A stretch of 64,000 nt of DNA from IMG/VR virus record IMGVR_UViG_3300007734_000761, positions 32,001 through 96,000 of that record; one strand, given 5' to 3'. Shown here piece by piece: positions 1-10,154 of this stretch. Source of the DNA: a virus. The notes below the pieces were generated by a model. The model was not told the origin of the DNA, did no database searches, and worked only from the letters and a program-made list of their open reading frames with translations. Made by a program: the position numbers and the translations under genes. Within the stretch, counting starts at the first letter, position 1. Each line of letters starts with the position of its first letter.

Positions 1-235
1 CTTTTTCTTTACAAAACTCAGCAAAAGCAATACCCCATAATCCTTTCCAAGCTCCTACTTCTAAAAAAGTAAGTTTAGATGGCTTCTTTTTCTCATAAAA
101 TTCTTTAATAAAATTCCATGCTTTGAAAAATTCACTTTGTCTTTGAGAACCATCAAATGAAGGAAAATTGTCGTTTGTGTAGTACTGTTTTGTGTGAACC
201 CATGAATAGGCCTCAATAATATTTAATTCTAACAT
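1..235 (-). CDS. Class I SAM-dependent methyltransferase, runs off the window (partial)
   Basis: Hand translation from ATG at 235: MLELNII...KLTFLEVGAWKGLWGIAF; FLEVGAWKG resembles SAM-binding motif I. Confidence 0.65.
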   Translation of the reverse strand, partial: MLELNIIEAYSWVHTKQYYTNDNFPSFDGSQRQSEFFKAWNFIKEFYEKKKPSKLTFLEVGAWKGLWGIAFAEFCKEK

Positions 236-237
236 AG

Positions 238-1032
238 TTAATATTTTACAGGTGCATTAAAATTTGATTGCATTATTATTCCTAAATAATTTTGAGCAAT
301 GTGTTGTGTTGTGTAACCTTGTTGTTTGTATTCTTCAATTTGTTGAGCATAGTGAAATACTTTAAATAGAGGTTCTACTGGGTAGATAGGAATAGATTTA
401 AAATGAAGTAATGATTCTCCATACCAGCTAAATTCACTTGGTGAAAATTCTAACATTTGTTCCCAAGTTAAGTTATTGGGTTTGATATAATTTTCTTCTA
501 AATCTTTCCATACTTTACTTGACCAAATAGTAGGAACAGGTCCAAAATCATAATGTTTTCCTTTTCTACCAAAAACACTCATAATCTTTTCTCTATCATT
601 AATATAAGAAATTTTTGGATCAAATCCAAGAATATGAGACTTATTTACAGTCCAAGTAAATAATTCTTTTTGTTCATGAATAACAGTAAATGGAGTTTCT
701 TCATCAAACATAAAATCAGACTTATAAAAATCTCTAATAAAATAAGCATCCGAGTCTATACAGACATAATTTTTTACTAAACCTAATTGCCAAAAATTAC
801 TTTTTACTATTTGTTGAGAAACCCAACCAGGAGCATCAGATTTATATATTGCTTCATCTTCAATAAGTCTTGTTTCAGGTAATGCGTTTTGAAACTTTTT
901 TAAATCTTTGTAAGGAGCACTAACATAAACAGGAATGTTATCAACATTGTGTTTATTTATACTTTCTACTAAGTTACTTACTAAATTTAAATCTCTGTCA
1001 AATGATTTACAATATAGTGCTATATTATCCAT
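238..1032 (-). CDS. Putative GT-A fold glycosyltransferase-like protein
   Basis: GWVSQQIVK then YVCIDSD (DxD); located in the glycosyltransferase cluster. Confidence 0.55.
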   Translation of the reverse strand: MDNIALYCKSFDRDLNLVSNLVESINKHNVDNIPVYVSAPYKDLKKFQNALPETRLIEDEAIYKSDAPGWVSQQIVKSNFWQLGLVKNYVCIDSDAYFIRDFYKSDFMFDEETPFTVIHEQKELFTWTVNKSHILGFDPKISYINDREKIMSVFGRKGKHYDFGPVPTIWSSKVWKDLEENYIKPNNLTWEQMLEFSPSEFSWYGESLLHFKSIPIYPVEPLFKVFHYAQQIEEYKQQGYTTQHIAQNYLGIIMQSNFNAPVKY

Positions 1033-1880
1033 TATTTTACTCCATTAACCATTCCATACTCATCAAATGTAGGCATTCCACCCCATTTATTGTAAAACTT
1101 CATAGCATTATCTCTTTCAGCTATAACTTGCCTTCTAGATGATTTACCATCATTTTCTTCTAATCTATGACTACCCCTTGCTCCAAAGTGCCAAACCATA
1201 GATTTACTTGTTAAAATAAATTGGTAACCTTCTTGTTTCATTCTTAAAAATAAATCCATGTCTTCCCAAGATGTAGGAGAAAACTGTGAGTCGTTTCCTC
1301 CTATTCTATCCCAATCTTCTTTTTTAATTAGTCCACTTACTCCTTCAGCTTTTGGAATAGTAAAATTATTTTGACTAGTAAAAATATCTATCCAATCTTC
1401 TAAAATTTCCTTATCTAAATCATAATAATAAGCACCAAAAGTATCTTTAGGAACAATAATTGTTCCTGGTCTGCTTGACCCATTTCCGAACATGTCTGGT
1501 TCTACTCTATGACTAAACACCCAAGTAGGAATACTATGTTTTTCTAATTCTTCAATGCAAGCTAAATCCCAAAAATGACCTACATAAAAATCACTGTGTA
1601 AAAACATTATATATTTTGTTTGTACTTTATCAGCACAAAAATTCATTCCTCCACCAATACCTTTAGGAACGTTATTTTTTTCTACATAATATTCAATATT
1701 ATACTGGTCTTTAGCATCACGTAGCCATTCATCAGTTCCATCATTACAATTTTCAGCATACACAATAAAAGGAGCATTTTTATAAAAACTGTTTTTTCTA
1801 ACAGATTCAACAGCCAATTTTAAATACTCTAAATTATTGTATGTGCTAATACAAAAAGTTAAAGGGCTAGATTGTGTCAT
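1032..1880 (-). CDS. Glycosyltransferase family 2
   Basis: ISTYNNLEYLKLAVESV N-terminus, FLHSD, IGGND...WEDMDL motifs. Confidence 0.85.
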   Translation of the reverse strand: MTQSSPLTFCISTYNNLEYLKLAVESVRKNSFYKNAPFIVYAENCNDGTDEWLRDAKDQYNIEYYVEKNNVPKGIGGGMNFCADKVQTKYIMFLHSDFYVGHFWDLACIEELEKHSIPTWVFSHRVEPDMFGNGSSRPGTIIVPKDTFGAYYYDLDKEILEDWIDIFTSQNNFTIPKAEGVSGLIKKEDWDRIGGNDSQFSPTSWEDMDLFLRMKQEGYQFILTSKSMVWHFGARGSHRLEENDGKSSRRQVIAERDNAMKFYNKWGGMPTFDEYGMVNGVK

Positions 1881-2526
1881 AAAGATTGTTTTGTTGTTCT
1901 TGTCTTTGAATAGTTTTATTATGTACTAATGCTAATACATCTTCAGCTGGTAGTAAAGTAGCATTTTTAAATCCTACTAACTTTTCATGTACTTTACCCT
2001 CCCAATAAACTTCAGGAATATTTTTACAAATTCTAAACTGATAGTCAGGCCAATTAATTCTTCCATTTTCTACTTTCCATCCCCATTTTTCAATATGGTA
2101 TGGTGTTAAACCGGACACTGTATTAATTCTAGGGACTAAAAAACAATCAAAATCAGGATTCATATTTAAAATCTCTCGAATTAAATGAATCTGATCTTGG
2201 CTTACTTCTTCATCTGCATCTATGAAAAAAATATAATCTCTTGTGCAATTTTTCTTAATATTGTTTTTAAATTCGGAAAAATCATTATTTAATGAACTAA
2301 ATATTTTTGTAACAGGAGTGATAACTTTCTTTTTTCTAGAAGTTAAAGGACTATAGATACCTTCAAAATCAGATACTATTTTAATCACTTCATCTGTTGT
2401 GTTATTATTGTCAACTTGAATAATAATTTCATCATCTTCTACAACACAACGTTCAAGTTGTTTTAGTAAACGTTTTAATTCATTCGCTTCATTACAAACT
2501 GTAATGGCAAAACTAATATTTGTCAT
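1867..2526 (-). CDS. Glycosyltransferase family 2
   Basis: ITVCNE, FIDADE (DxD), WEGKVHE. Confidence 0.85.
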   Translation of the reverse strand: MTNISFAITVCNEANELKRLLKQLERCVVEDDEIIIQVDNNNTTDEVIKIVSDFEGIYSPLTSRKKKVITPVTKIFSSLNNDFSEFKNNIKKNCTRDYIFFIDADEEVSQDQIHLIREILNMNPDFDCFLVPRINTVSGLTPYHIEKWGWKVENGRINWPDYQFRICKNIPEVYWEGKVHEKLVGFKNATLLPAEDVLALVHNKTIQRQEQQNNLYDTI

Positions 2527-2975
2527 ATAACCTCAATATAATTAAGGGCTTTTAAAAATCCCATCTTTCCGAAGTGTTCTAAAGTACTACTATCTGACTT
2601 ATAAGGAGGTACTTCTTTATTTTCGTTAATGTAAACTTGTTTTTCTTCTTCAGTTAAAGGTCTATTTTTAATAGCACCCCAACCCCAATTTTCTATACTA
2701 TTTCCATCAACAAAAACAATTCCAGTTTCGTTTTGAATTACTAATGGATACCAAACTCTTTTTTCATTATCTATATATTTAAGATCTTTATAGAGTTCAG
2801 GAAGAATTTCTTCAAATTGTTCCATATCAAATTCTCCTTCTTTAAGTAAATCATTAGCTGTAAATCCACACCCAGTGCAACTATAGCTCCAAGCTGTTTC
2901 ATTTATTTGAGTGGTGTAACACATGTCACTTCCACAATGTTCACATTTTGTTAATTTATCTTCCATATTAAGCAA
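2523..2975 (-). CDS. Zn-ribbon hypothetical protein
   Basis: CEHC and CTGC pairs. Confidence 0.5.
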   Translation of the reverse strand: MLNMEDKLTKCEHCGSDMCYTTQINETAWSYSCTGCGFTANDLLKEGEFDMEQFEEILPELYKDLKYIDNEKRVWYPLVIQNETGIVFVDGNSIENWGWGAIKNRPLTEEEKQVYINENKEVPPYKSDSSTLEHFGKMGFLKALNYIEVI

Positions 2976-4272
2976 TTTTATTTAATTTAGGTAATGTTGG
3001 TAAAACTAGTTTTGGTGTCTTTCTTACATTTTTATTATAATATTCTTTTAATGTTTCAACCATTTTTTCAAAACTGAAATTTGATTTAGCATAGTGGGTT
3101 TGACGTTTTGCATTAGCTTCATATTTTTTATAATTACTCCAAACATCTACCATCTTTTGAGAAGCAGAAACAAAATCTGCTTCAAACCAACTACTTTCTT
3201 TTACTAAAATATTTTCTACTACAGCAGATGGATGAATTGGTTGTAATCTTCCTTCAACCAAACTAACAAATTCACGATTTAGAAAATCTACGTGTCCTGA
3301 CCATCCACTAGCAATGATTGGTTTTTTAAACATACTAAACTCTAATAAAGGACGACCAAAACCTTCACCTTTGGTAAAATTAATCATAGCTTTTACTTTA
3401 GGATGGTTATAAAGATGATTCATATCTTCTTCTTCTAATTCTCCATGTATCAAGTAGATATTAGGTAACTTTTTAGCTTTTACTGTACTTTTAATACTAT
3501 TAATTTTATTTAATACTTCAGTACGATCCATAATACTTCCATTATGAATTGCTGTTTTTAAAATTAAAGCAGGGGCATTATGTTTATTTTTAAATGTTTC
3601 TAAAAATACTTTAATAGTTTGACCTACATTTTTTCTGTCTTGACCAAATTCCCCTTGTAACCAATGTCCTACAAATAAAAATGCGAAGTTCTCATCAATG
3701 TTGTCGAGAGATGTGATTAAATCTGTTTCTGGTAGGTCATTGTTATTTATTTCAAAATATGTATTTAAATCAACACCTTCAAACAAAACTTCTACTGGTT
3801 TTTGAATTTGAATTCTTCTTGTAACTTCTCCATTAGGATTTCTTTCTTCCGCTTGAGTTGCTTCAAATACTCTTTTAGCGTGTACTGAGCTAACTAAAGT
3901 TAAATCCATACGGTTAATTCCATCAATCCAACTAGGATGACATAATGTTGTTTCAATACCTGCTGTTACTCCAATGTTATAATTTCCGATAGGTTGAAAC
4001 TCATTTGGAATTGTAATTTGCATCCAAACATCAGGTTTTTGATTAAGAGGTTGTTGAAAAGGTAACATTTTTGGTTCTAACCATCCCCATTCTTCTTTAT
4101 GGTCTTGAATGTATCCCCAAGGTGTTTCACCCCAACGTTGAGGCATTACCCAAACATCCCATTCGTCTTTTTTAGCTTCAACAGTGGCTTTGACAAAATC
4201 ACGTGCTCGTGAACCATATCCACTATAGGTGTCAATAGGGCAACTAATAACTACATATTGTTTTTGTTCCAT
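2968..4272 (-). CDS. Glycosyltransferase, GT-B fold (GT4-like)
   Basis: SGYG N-terminus, DRKN, GEGFGRPLLE (ExF/G-x7-E) motif. Confidence 0.85.
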   Translation of the reverse strand: MEQKQYVVISCPIDTYSGYGSRARDFVKATVEAKKDEWDVWVMPQRWGETPWGYIQDHKEEWGWLEPKMLPFQQPLNQKPDVWMQITIPNEFQPIGNYNIGVTAGIETTLCHPSWIDGINRMDLTLVSSVHAKRVFEATQAEERNPNGEVTRRIQIQKPVEVLFEGVDLNTYFEINNNDLPETDLITSLDNIDENFAFLFVGHWLQGEFGQDRKNVGQTIKVFLETFKNKHNAPALILKTAIHNGSIMDRTEVLNKINSIKSTVKAKKLPNIYLIHGELEEEDMNHLYNHPKVKAMINFTKGEGFGRPLLEFSMFKKPIIASGWSGHVDFLNREFVSLVEGRLQPIHPSAVVENILVKESSWFEADFVSASQKMVDVWSNYKKYEANAKRQTHYAKSNFSFEKMVETLKEYYNKNVRKTPKLVLPTLPKLNKIA

Positions 4273-4275
4273 AAC

Positions 4276-5718
4276 TTAATATACTAATTTGTGTCTTAAT
4301 TTTTTCTTTGGTAATTCTTCTACTTTTGTAAACGTATAAGGTTTGCGAGGTTTAAAGTTAGCTAACGTTTCATTAATGCAATCTGCCATGTTTTTAGCCA
4401 TGTTTTCAGCTGTCATTAAAGCTTCATTACCTGTTACCCACTCACGAGCTAACATTCCTCTACGATTTCTTTCTTCTTTACTCATTTCAAATACTTGAAC
4501 TAATCCTTTAGCAGCATCTCTAAAATCACAACGATCATCAAAGATATAAGGAGTTGGTACTGAACCTTGAATACTCATACAAGATGGATATAAAGGAATT
4601 GCCCACTCACTATGAGTTTTGTAAGTTCCAAAATGATTTGAACAGAAATTATCGTCAAACTCAATCCAGTTTCCATTTTCATCTGTAAATCTCATTTGAT
4701 CTTGCATTCCTCCTGTTACGGTAGCCATAATCATTTTTCCACACATCATAGCTTCTGTAAGTGATAAGCCCCATCCTTCATTTGAAGACAACAAACTAGT
4801 CAAGTCAGACATGTTATACAGGAAGTTCATTTCTTGAGGAGAAACTATGTGATCCCAAAAAATAACATCTCCGTGTTTTTCTTCATCAATTAACAAGTCT
4901 TTTACAGCGCCTAAATTGGTTCCATTTTCATCAGAAACTTGAGTATGAAGTAAGAAACAACATTTTTTACTTTTTTCAGGGCCTATTGTTTCACAAAACT
5001 GGTTCCAAGCAGCAAACATGTCAGAAGGTTGTTTGCGGCGAATATTACGAGCATTATAATACCAAACAAAGTCATATTCTTTACCTCCAAAAACTTGTTT
5101 TTTATAAGACTGAAAATTTTTCCAATCTGGGTCTGATTCTGTTAATGGTCTAAACATTTCATGATCGATTCCATGAGGAACATATTTAATTACTTTGTTT
5201 TTAGCATCGTCACCTAAAACAATTCTATTGATGTTAGCGGTTTGTTTACTAATAGCAGCAAATCCATCACAAGATTTGTAATAGTCTTCATTGTAAAGGG
5301 GTGCTGGATAATCATCCCAAATATTTAAGTAAACAATAGGAATATGTTTTCTAACCTCATTTTCAATTTGAAATAACCAAATATAATAACGTGGATCAGT
5401 CATCATCATTAAAACATCTGGTTTTTCAAATTTAATCATGTCTCTAATTAATTGAGGACTACCATAACCATTAATAGGAATAAGAGTAATATCAGCATCT
5501 TCTATACCAAACTGGTCTTTTGTTGCTTGACTTAAATCAAACTTTTTACCTTGTTCTGGATGGTTAATAGCTCCTGCTAATTGGACCCAATTAAAATGAT
5601 TAGATGTTTTCGTAACGATTTCTCTCAACATAGTAGCCACACCACTATGCATTCTAAGATCGTCACCTAATAGTAAAATCTTTTTACGTTTGTTTTTTGG
5701 AATATAACTTGTTTTCAT
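4276..5718 (-). CDS. Glycosyltransferase, GT-B fold (GT4-like)
   Basis: VPHGID, RNIRRK, NEGWGLSLTEAM. Confidence 0.85.
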   Translation of the reverse strand: MKTSYIPKNKRKKILLLGDDLRMHSGVATMLREIVTKTSNHFNWVQLAGAINHPEQGKKFDLSQATKDQFGIEDADITLIPINGYGSPQLIRDMIKFEKPDVLMMMTDPRYYIWLFQIENEVRKHIPIVYLNIWDDYPAPLYNEDYYKSCDGFAAISKQTANINRIVLGDDAKNKVIKYVPHGIDHEMFRPLTESDPDWKNFQSYKKQVFGGKEYDFVWYYNARNIRRKQPSDMFAAWNQFCETIGPEKSKKCCFLLHTQVSDENGTNLGAVKDLLIDEEKHGDVIFWDHIVSPQEMNFLYNMSDLTSLLSSNEGWGLSLTEAMMCGKMIMATVTGGMQDQMRFTDENGNWIEFDDNFCSNHFGTYKTHSEWAIPLYPSCMSIQGSVPTPYIFDDRCDFRDAAKGLVQVFEMSKEERNRRGMLAREWVTGNEALMTAENMAKNMADCINETLANFKPRKPYTFTKVEELPKKKLRHKLVY

Positions 5719-5722
5719 TTAA

Positions 5723-5926
5723 TTAAATTGCGGAACCGGTAACTTCGTGTTTGTAATTGTGCATTAATTTTCTAAAGCTCTCGTCGTTATTATACAAATG
5801 CATTGCACGATCGACTAATTTAGATAAAGAAAATTTTGTTCTTACACACATAACTTTGAAATCATCAAATTCTTGGGGTTCTAGTTTTAAACTAGTAAGT
5901 GTTTTGTCTTTTGCTGGTGTTGCCAT
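5723..5926 (-). CDS. Small protein, possibly ribbon-helix-helix DNA-binding
   Basis: LTSLKL strand followed by two helices; own ATATTTAT motif upstream. Confidence 0.4.
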   Translation of the reverse strand: MATPAKDKTLTSLKLEPQEFDDFKVMCVRTKFSLSKLVDRAMHLYNNDESFRKLMHNYKHEVTGSAI

Positions 5927-5973
5927 AAATTTTATTATTTTGTTTAATAATAAATATATCCGTATTTATGTTT

Positions 5974-6924
5974 CTATGCAAAAAATGTAACTTTTTTTTC
6001 TCCTTTATTACAAAGTCCATTAGTACTAAAAGGACACCAAGTACAAGTGTCTTTACTTATGTTCATAGGATATTCTTTATCAAAAATATACTTTCCATCA
6101 TCTGTAAAACATTCATTTAGAAACTGTTGAAAATCATTTTCAGCTTGTTTCATTTTAGTTTTACCACTTGCTGGTGTAACGGTTTGAGTTCTAGGAACAA
6201 TAAAATCAGGACTGTCCCAAACTTTTCGTTTTACGACAATAAATTCAACATGAATTTTGTCTTTATCTACCCCATACAATTCACTGTAGAATTTTTTATA
6301 GAGTAGGATTTGTTGCATTTTAGTTTGATTTTTCTTTTCTTTATCACCCCAACCTCTAGTACTGGTTTTAATATCATAAATGTAATACCGATCATATTTT
6401 TCATCATATAAAACAAGATCAATGTAACCTTTCATGAATAAGTTACTTTTTTTAGCTATTGGGTAAATAATAGGAACTTCACATCCAATTAGTCTCCAAC
6501 CTCTTAAACCAAACCACTTTATTCTGTCTTTTTTAAATGCTTTAATAATTTCACAACCATCTTCGTAAAATTCTCTTAGTTCATCTGGTGTGGAATATTG
6601 TTGGTTATTGTTTTGGACGAGACCTCTTTTGTATTCTTCCGTAAGTTGAGTTTTGAAATAACTTTCCAAATCAATTTCATCAGCCTTTTTACCAGAAACA
6701 TTGAAGATGTAATCAATGTAATACTGAAGAGTATTATGGATGGCAGTACCAAATACAGTATGAATGCTTTGGCTATAAACAGCATTATTTTGCGCATATG
6801 CTAAGTACCACTGATAATTACAAGCTCTCCAAGTAGCATATTGACTATAGGATACAGTTTTGTCAGTGGCATAATTAACTTCATGCAGCTTAATTTTACT
6901 TATTGGGTTCTTCCACTTTGCCAT
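5974..6924 (-). CDS. PD-(D/E)XK nuclease, Cas4/AddB-like with Fe-S cysteines
   Basis: SYSQ..C, FGTAIH, GYID...DIKT, C-terminal CTWCPF....LC. Confidence 0.8.
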   Translation of the reverse strand: MAKWKNPISKIKLHEVNYATDKTVSYSQYATWRACNYQWYLAYAQNNAVYSQSIHTVFGTAIHNTLQYYIDYIFNVSGKKADEIDLESYFKTQLTEEYKRGLVQNNNQQYSTPDELREFYEDGCEIIKAFKKDRIKWFGLRGWRLIGCEVPIIYPIAKKSNLFMKGYIDLVLYDEKYDRYYIYDIKTSTRGWGDKEKKNQTKMQQILLYKKFYSELYGVDKDKIHVEFIVVKRKVWDSPDFIVPRTQTVTPASGKTKMKQAENDFQQFLNECFTDDGKYIFDKEYPMNISKDTCTWCPFSTNGLCNKGEKKVTFFA

Positions 6925-7171
6925 TCAAAACCTGTTTTAATTTTTCTAAATAAAGAATACCATCATGCAACTCATCTTGAATGTGTTGAATCCAATCTAC
7001 TACACTCAAATCAGTTCTGTCTAAATCAGTACCATATTTTTTTCGTCCAAAAGCCGCTCTTGATTCAAATCTATCAATAATAGTTTGAACAACACTATCT
7101 ACTTTAGGTTTTTCACTTTGGCTACTATGTGTTTCTATTGTTACGTTGTACACGTCGCTTCTTTTTGTCAT
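6896..7171 (-). CDS. Small helical protein, possibly all-alpha NTP pyrophosphatase-like
   Basis: GRKKYGTDLDR...WIQHIQDELHDGILY. Confidence 0.45.
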   Translation of the reverse strand: MTKRSDVYNVTIETHSSQSEKPKVDSVVQTIIDRFESRAAFGRKKYGTDLDRTDLSVVDWIQHIQDELHDGILYLEKLKQVLNGKVEEPNK

Positions 7172-7550
7172 CTTTCAAACCTTTAACTTCTAATAGTATA
7201 ATATCTTTAACTTGAGAATCCAAAAGATTTACTATGTCTTTTGATTCACGTTGGCTACACTCAAAGTACTCACTAATAAATTTAAGTTCTTCTTCATCAT
7301 AAACTACTTGACCTTTTACCCACTTACTCCAAATTGGTTTTTTGGGAATGACGTCTCTGTAAAATTCATATAATTTTTGAGGAGGCATAGGATATACCAT
7401 AGCCATTTCAACAATTTGAATGTAGTCTTTATTAAAGCTAAGTGCTTTATTTACAATAAATGGATTGAAATTATTTTGTTCTTCTTCAGTAAAACTGTCC
7501 CATTCACGTTTTTCAACTGTGATTTGTTTTACCCAATCAAATGGAGTCAT
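7125..7550 (-). CDS. Putative clamp loader small subunit (T4 gp62-like)
   Basis: PFDW...FNPFIVNKALS...KWVK pattern; near the clamp loader ATPase. Confidence 0.6.
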   Translation of the reverse strand: MTPFDWVKQITVEKREWDSFTEEEQNNFNPFIVNKALSFNKDYIQIVEMAMVYPMPPQKLYEFYRDVIPKKPIWSKWVKGQVVYDEEELKFISEYFECSQRESKDIVNLLDSQVKDIILLEVKGLKDDKKKRRVQRNNRNT

Positions 7551-7770
7551 TTGTTTTCTTTAATTCAGCAGGCATAAACTCATCATTTACATGTCCACAA
7601 CTTGTACAACAGAAAATAGGAATTGGGACTAAACCATCTACTGATTGTCCTGTCAAAAATCTACTTACTTTTCTTAAAATAACAGCTTCTGAAAATGTTT
7701 GATTCTCACATTTTTCACATACGATTGGAACTGTTTTGTCTAGCGATACGTTTAATTTAGGGGTATTCAT
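7537..7770 (-). CDS. Zn-ribbon protein
   Basis: CEKC...CTSCGH. Confidence 0.5.
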   Translation of the reverse strand: MNTPKLNVSLDKTVPIVCEKCENQTFSEAVILRKVSRFLTGQSVDGLVPIPIFCCTSCGHVNDEFMPAELKKTNDSI

Positions 7771-7776
7771 ATTAAT

Positions 7777-7965
7777 TTATTTTTTATGTTCTTTCCATTC
7801 TAAGTAAAAACCATAGGCTACTAGTAGATTCATACCTACAGAAGACCAAAGTTCCATTACATCTTCATATACATTCATTGTAAGATGAACATGACCTACC
7901 ATCCAAAAAGGAATTGATAAGTTTCCAGCAATCCATCTAATTAAAAAATGTGTAAATTGTTTCAT
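7777..7965 (-). CDS. Small membrane protein
   Basis: Two hydrophobic segments; ATGA overlap with the upstream gene. Confidence 0.45.
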   Translation of the reverse strand: MKQFTHFLIRWIAGNLSIPFWMVGHVHLTMNVYEDVMELWSSVGMNLLVAYGFYLEWKEHKK

Positions 7966-8849
7966 AACAGTTTACTGATAGTAGCCATAAATGTAATTTC
8001 ACGATCAGGTGAATTTACACTATTATGTATTCCTTCAGCGATAATAATTATTTGTTGAGCATTAGAAGTAGCATCATATAAAGCTCTATAAATTTCAGTA
8101 AAGTCTTTAACTCCATTGTCTGCTACAATTTGTCTTACTTTTTGAAATGAGTCTTTGTTTTTGTTAAACACTAAGTCAACAATTTCTTTAACATAATTTG
8201 ACTTTGTAAAACTTTTACCCTCAATACTTAACTTTAAATCTCTAATACATGCTTGAACATTGTTTAATACTTTACGAATGTCTGGATAAAAGGTTTTAAC
8301 AATGTGTGCTAATTCTTTGTCTATAAATACAACGTTTTCCTCTTGTAAAATACCCACCATTCTATCGTATACTTGGCGAGGAGTAGGCGATATTAACGCG
8401 TAACTAGCTAGTCTCGACTGGAGTGGTGAAATAATTCTTTCTACGAAATTACACGTGAAGATAAAACGAGTATGTAAACTGAAGGTTTCAATAATATTAC
8501 GTAATGCTGCTTGAGCATTCAACGTCAAAAAGTCAGCTTCATCTAAAATAACAACTTTTAACTTTTTAAAGGTAGCAGCTGAGGCAAATTGTCTTACTTT
8601 ATCTCGAATAGCATCAATTCCATTTTCGTCACTACAATTTAGATATAAGTAGTCACAGTCAATGCTATTAATAATCAGTTTTGCTGCTGTTGTTTTACCT
8701 GTACCTGGTCCTCCATGTAATAATAAATTAGGAAAGTCTTGATTTTTAATCCATTCTTCTAAGTCTTTAATAAAAGACTCATTTCCTAAGTAACCATCAA
8801 GTGTAGATGGTCTGTATTTTTCAACGAATAAAGTGTGTTTCTTTGACAT
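7962..8849 (-). CDS. Clamp loader AAA+ ATPase (RFC / T4 gp44-like)
   Basis: VEKYRP, GGPGTGKT, ILDEAD, LQSR. Confidence 0.93.
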   Translation of the reverse strand: MSKKHTLFVEKYRPSTLDGYLGNESFIKDLEEWIKNQDFPNLLLHGGPGTGKTTAAKLIINSIDCDYLYLNCSDENGIDAIRDKVRQFASAATFKKLKVVILDEADFLTLNAQAALRNIIETFSLHTRFIFTCNFVERIISPLQSRLASYALISPTPRQVYDRMVGILQEENVVFIDKELAHIVKTFYPDIRKVLNNVQACIRDLKLSIEGKSFTKSNYVKEIVDLVFNKNKDSFQKVRQIVADNGVKDFTEIYRALYDATSNAQQIIIIAEGIHNSVNSPDREITFMATISKLL

Positions 8850-8939
8850 AATTTACTTATATAGTATAATAAAAAAAGACTTTAAAAACTAATTGTAAAA
8901 AAATAAAAAAGTTTAATATTTATAGTCAAACTAATAACT

Positions 8940-9401
8940 ATGGCACAATACGCAATCGCATATGCACCTAATCTTTCTGGAGGACAACCCGCTAGTACTC
9001 AAAAAACAGGAAGTTTTTACATTGGTAACCTTGCTCAAGGAAAAACTTGGAACCAAGCTGTTCCTCAAACTACTACTAATACTTTATTTTTTGCTAGTCC
9101 TTTAGCTAATAATAACAATGCACAACCATATGTTATAGCTATTCCTAATCCAAACAAACCAGCTCCTTTTACAGGTCTAGATCAACCACAATTTTTCTAT
9201 TCACAAACTGGAGGTGCATTTTCTCAAACAGATGGAGCTTTTATTGCTACTTGTGATTATATTTTAAAAACATATAAAACTGATGGTTCTGTAGGTCAAC
9301 CTTCTGCTAATCCAGCTGGATGTAATAGTGTACCTAACTGTCAATCAGCATTAACAACTGCTGGTTTCTTTCAATCATATGGTTTTAATGCTCCTGCTTA
9401 A
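8940..9401 (+). CDS. Hypothetical protein, the only convincing plus-strand gene
   Basis: 153-aa ORF filling the gap between flanking genes; ATATTTAT in sense orientation at 8916-8923. Confidence 0.6.
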   Translation: MAQYAIAYAPNLSGGQPASTQKTGSFYIGNLAQGKTWNQAVPQTTTNTLFFASPLANNNNAQPYVIAIPNPNKPAPFTGLDQPQFFYSQTGGAFSQTDGAFIATCDYILKTYKTDGSVGQPSANPAGCNSVPNCQSALTTAGFFQSYGFNAPA

Positions 9402-9404
9402 TAA

Positions 9405-10100
9405 TTAAAAAGGTAATTTAATATCAACATTACCATTTTCTAAAAAATAAAGATAGTTACTTCTTAAAGAAGCCATAAAATCCATTTTTTTAGTAAACAC
9501 TCCATAATTTTTACAAAGTAAATCAATCAAATCATCTTTGTGTTTGTTCTTTTTATGGTAATGTTCTGTAAAAGCATACAATGCTTTATGTGAAATAGCA
9601 ATTTTAGGATGTTGAACATAAATAACATATGGATCATCATTATCTAGTGTAACTACAGGTATTAAATTAACTAAATTATCAGTAACTTGTTCTGTAAAAA
9701 TGTCTATAATAATTTCGTCTGGTGTAGCCTGTTTATAAATAAAACTAATCAATTTACCTTTCAATAAAGTAATATTACTGTCATCTGTAATATATCCATT
9801 TCTGTCTAGTACTTTTAAATCAAAAAATCCTTTTAAAAAGTCAATGTCTTCTGAAGTTATAGGTTCAGTTAAGGCAAAATCTAAGTCTGGTTTTCTTTGA
9901 TGGAAATCATAACTTTCAATTCCTAAAACATGAAATGACAGTTGTCCTGTTAATACAAGTTTAGGGCAAATAGTAGTAATACTATTAATAAAATCTGTGT
10001 ATTTTTGTGGCATGTTAGGCCATGTAGTAGAACAATAACTGAACTTGCTTTTAATTGAGGGTACTTGTTCTCTAATGTCGTTTTCTTTTGTAAGTTTCAT
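9405..10100 (-). CDS. Nucleotidyltransferase-fold (Pol beta superfamily) protein
   Basis: LVLTGQLS...KPDLDF plus a later IDIF; start moved to ATG 10100, downstream of the promoter at 10117-10145. Confidence 0.55.
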   Translation of the reverse strand: MKLTKENDIREQVPSIKSKFSYCSTTWPNMPQKYTDFINSITTICPKLVLTGQLSFHVLGIESYDFHQRKPDLDFALTEPITSEDIDFLKGFFDLKVLDRNGYITDDSNITLLKGKLISFIYKQATPDEIIIDIFTEQVTDNLVNLIPVVTLDNDDPYVIYVQHPKIAISHKALYAFTEHYHKKNKHKDDLIDLLCKNYGVFTKKMDFMASLRSNYLYFLENGNVDIKLPF

Positions 10101-10116
10101 AACCTTATTTTTATGT

Positions 10117-10149
10117 AGTATAACAAAAAAAGCTTGGTAAACCAAGCTT
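10117..10149 (-). terminator. Terminator hairpin overlapping a TTGG-N19-TATACT promoter
   Basis: AAGCTTGG-TTTA-CCAAGCTT plus T run, then TATACT. Confidence 0.75.
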
Positions 10150-10154
10150 CTTTA

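Noticed and set aside
5974-6924. Cas4-like nuclease as evidence of a CRISPR-Cas system
   Set aside because: No repeat-spacer array or other cas genes seen; solo Cas4-like nucleases are common in phages.
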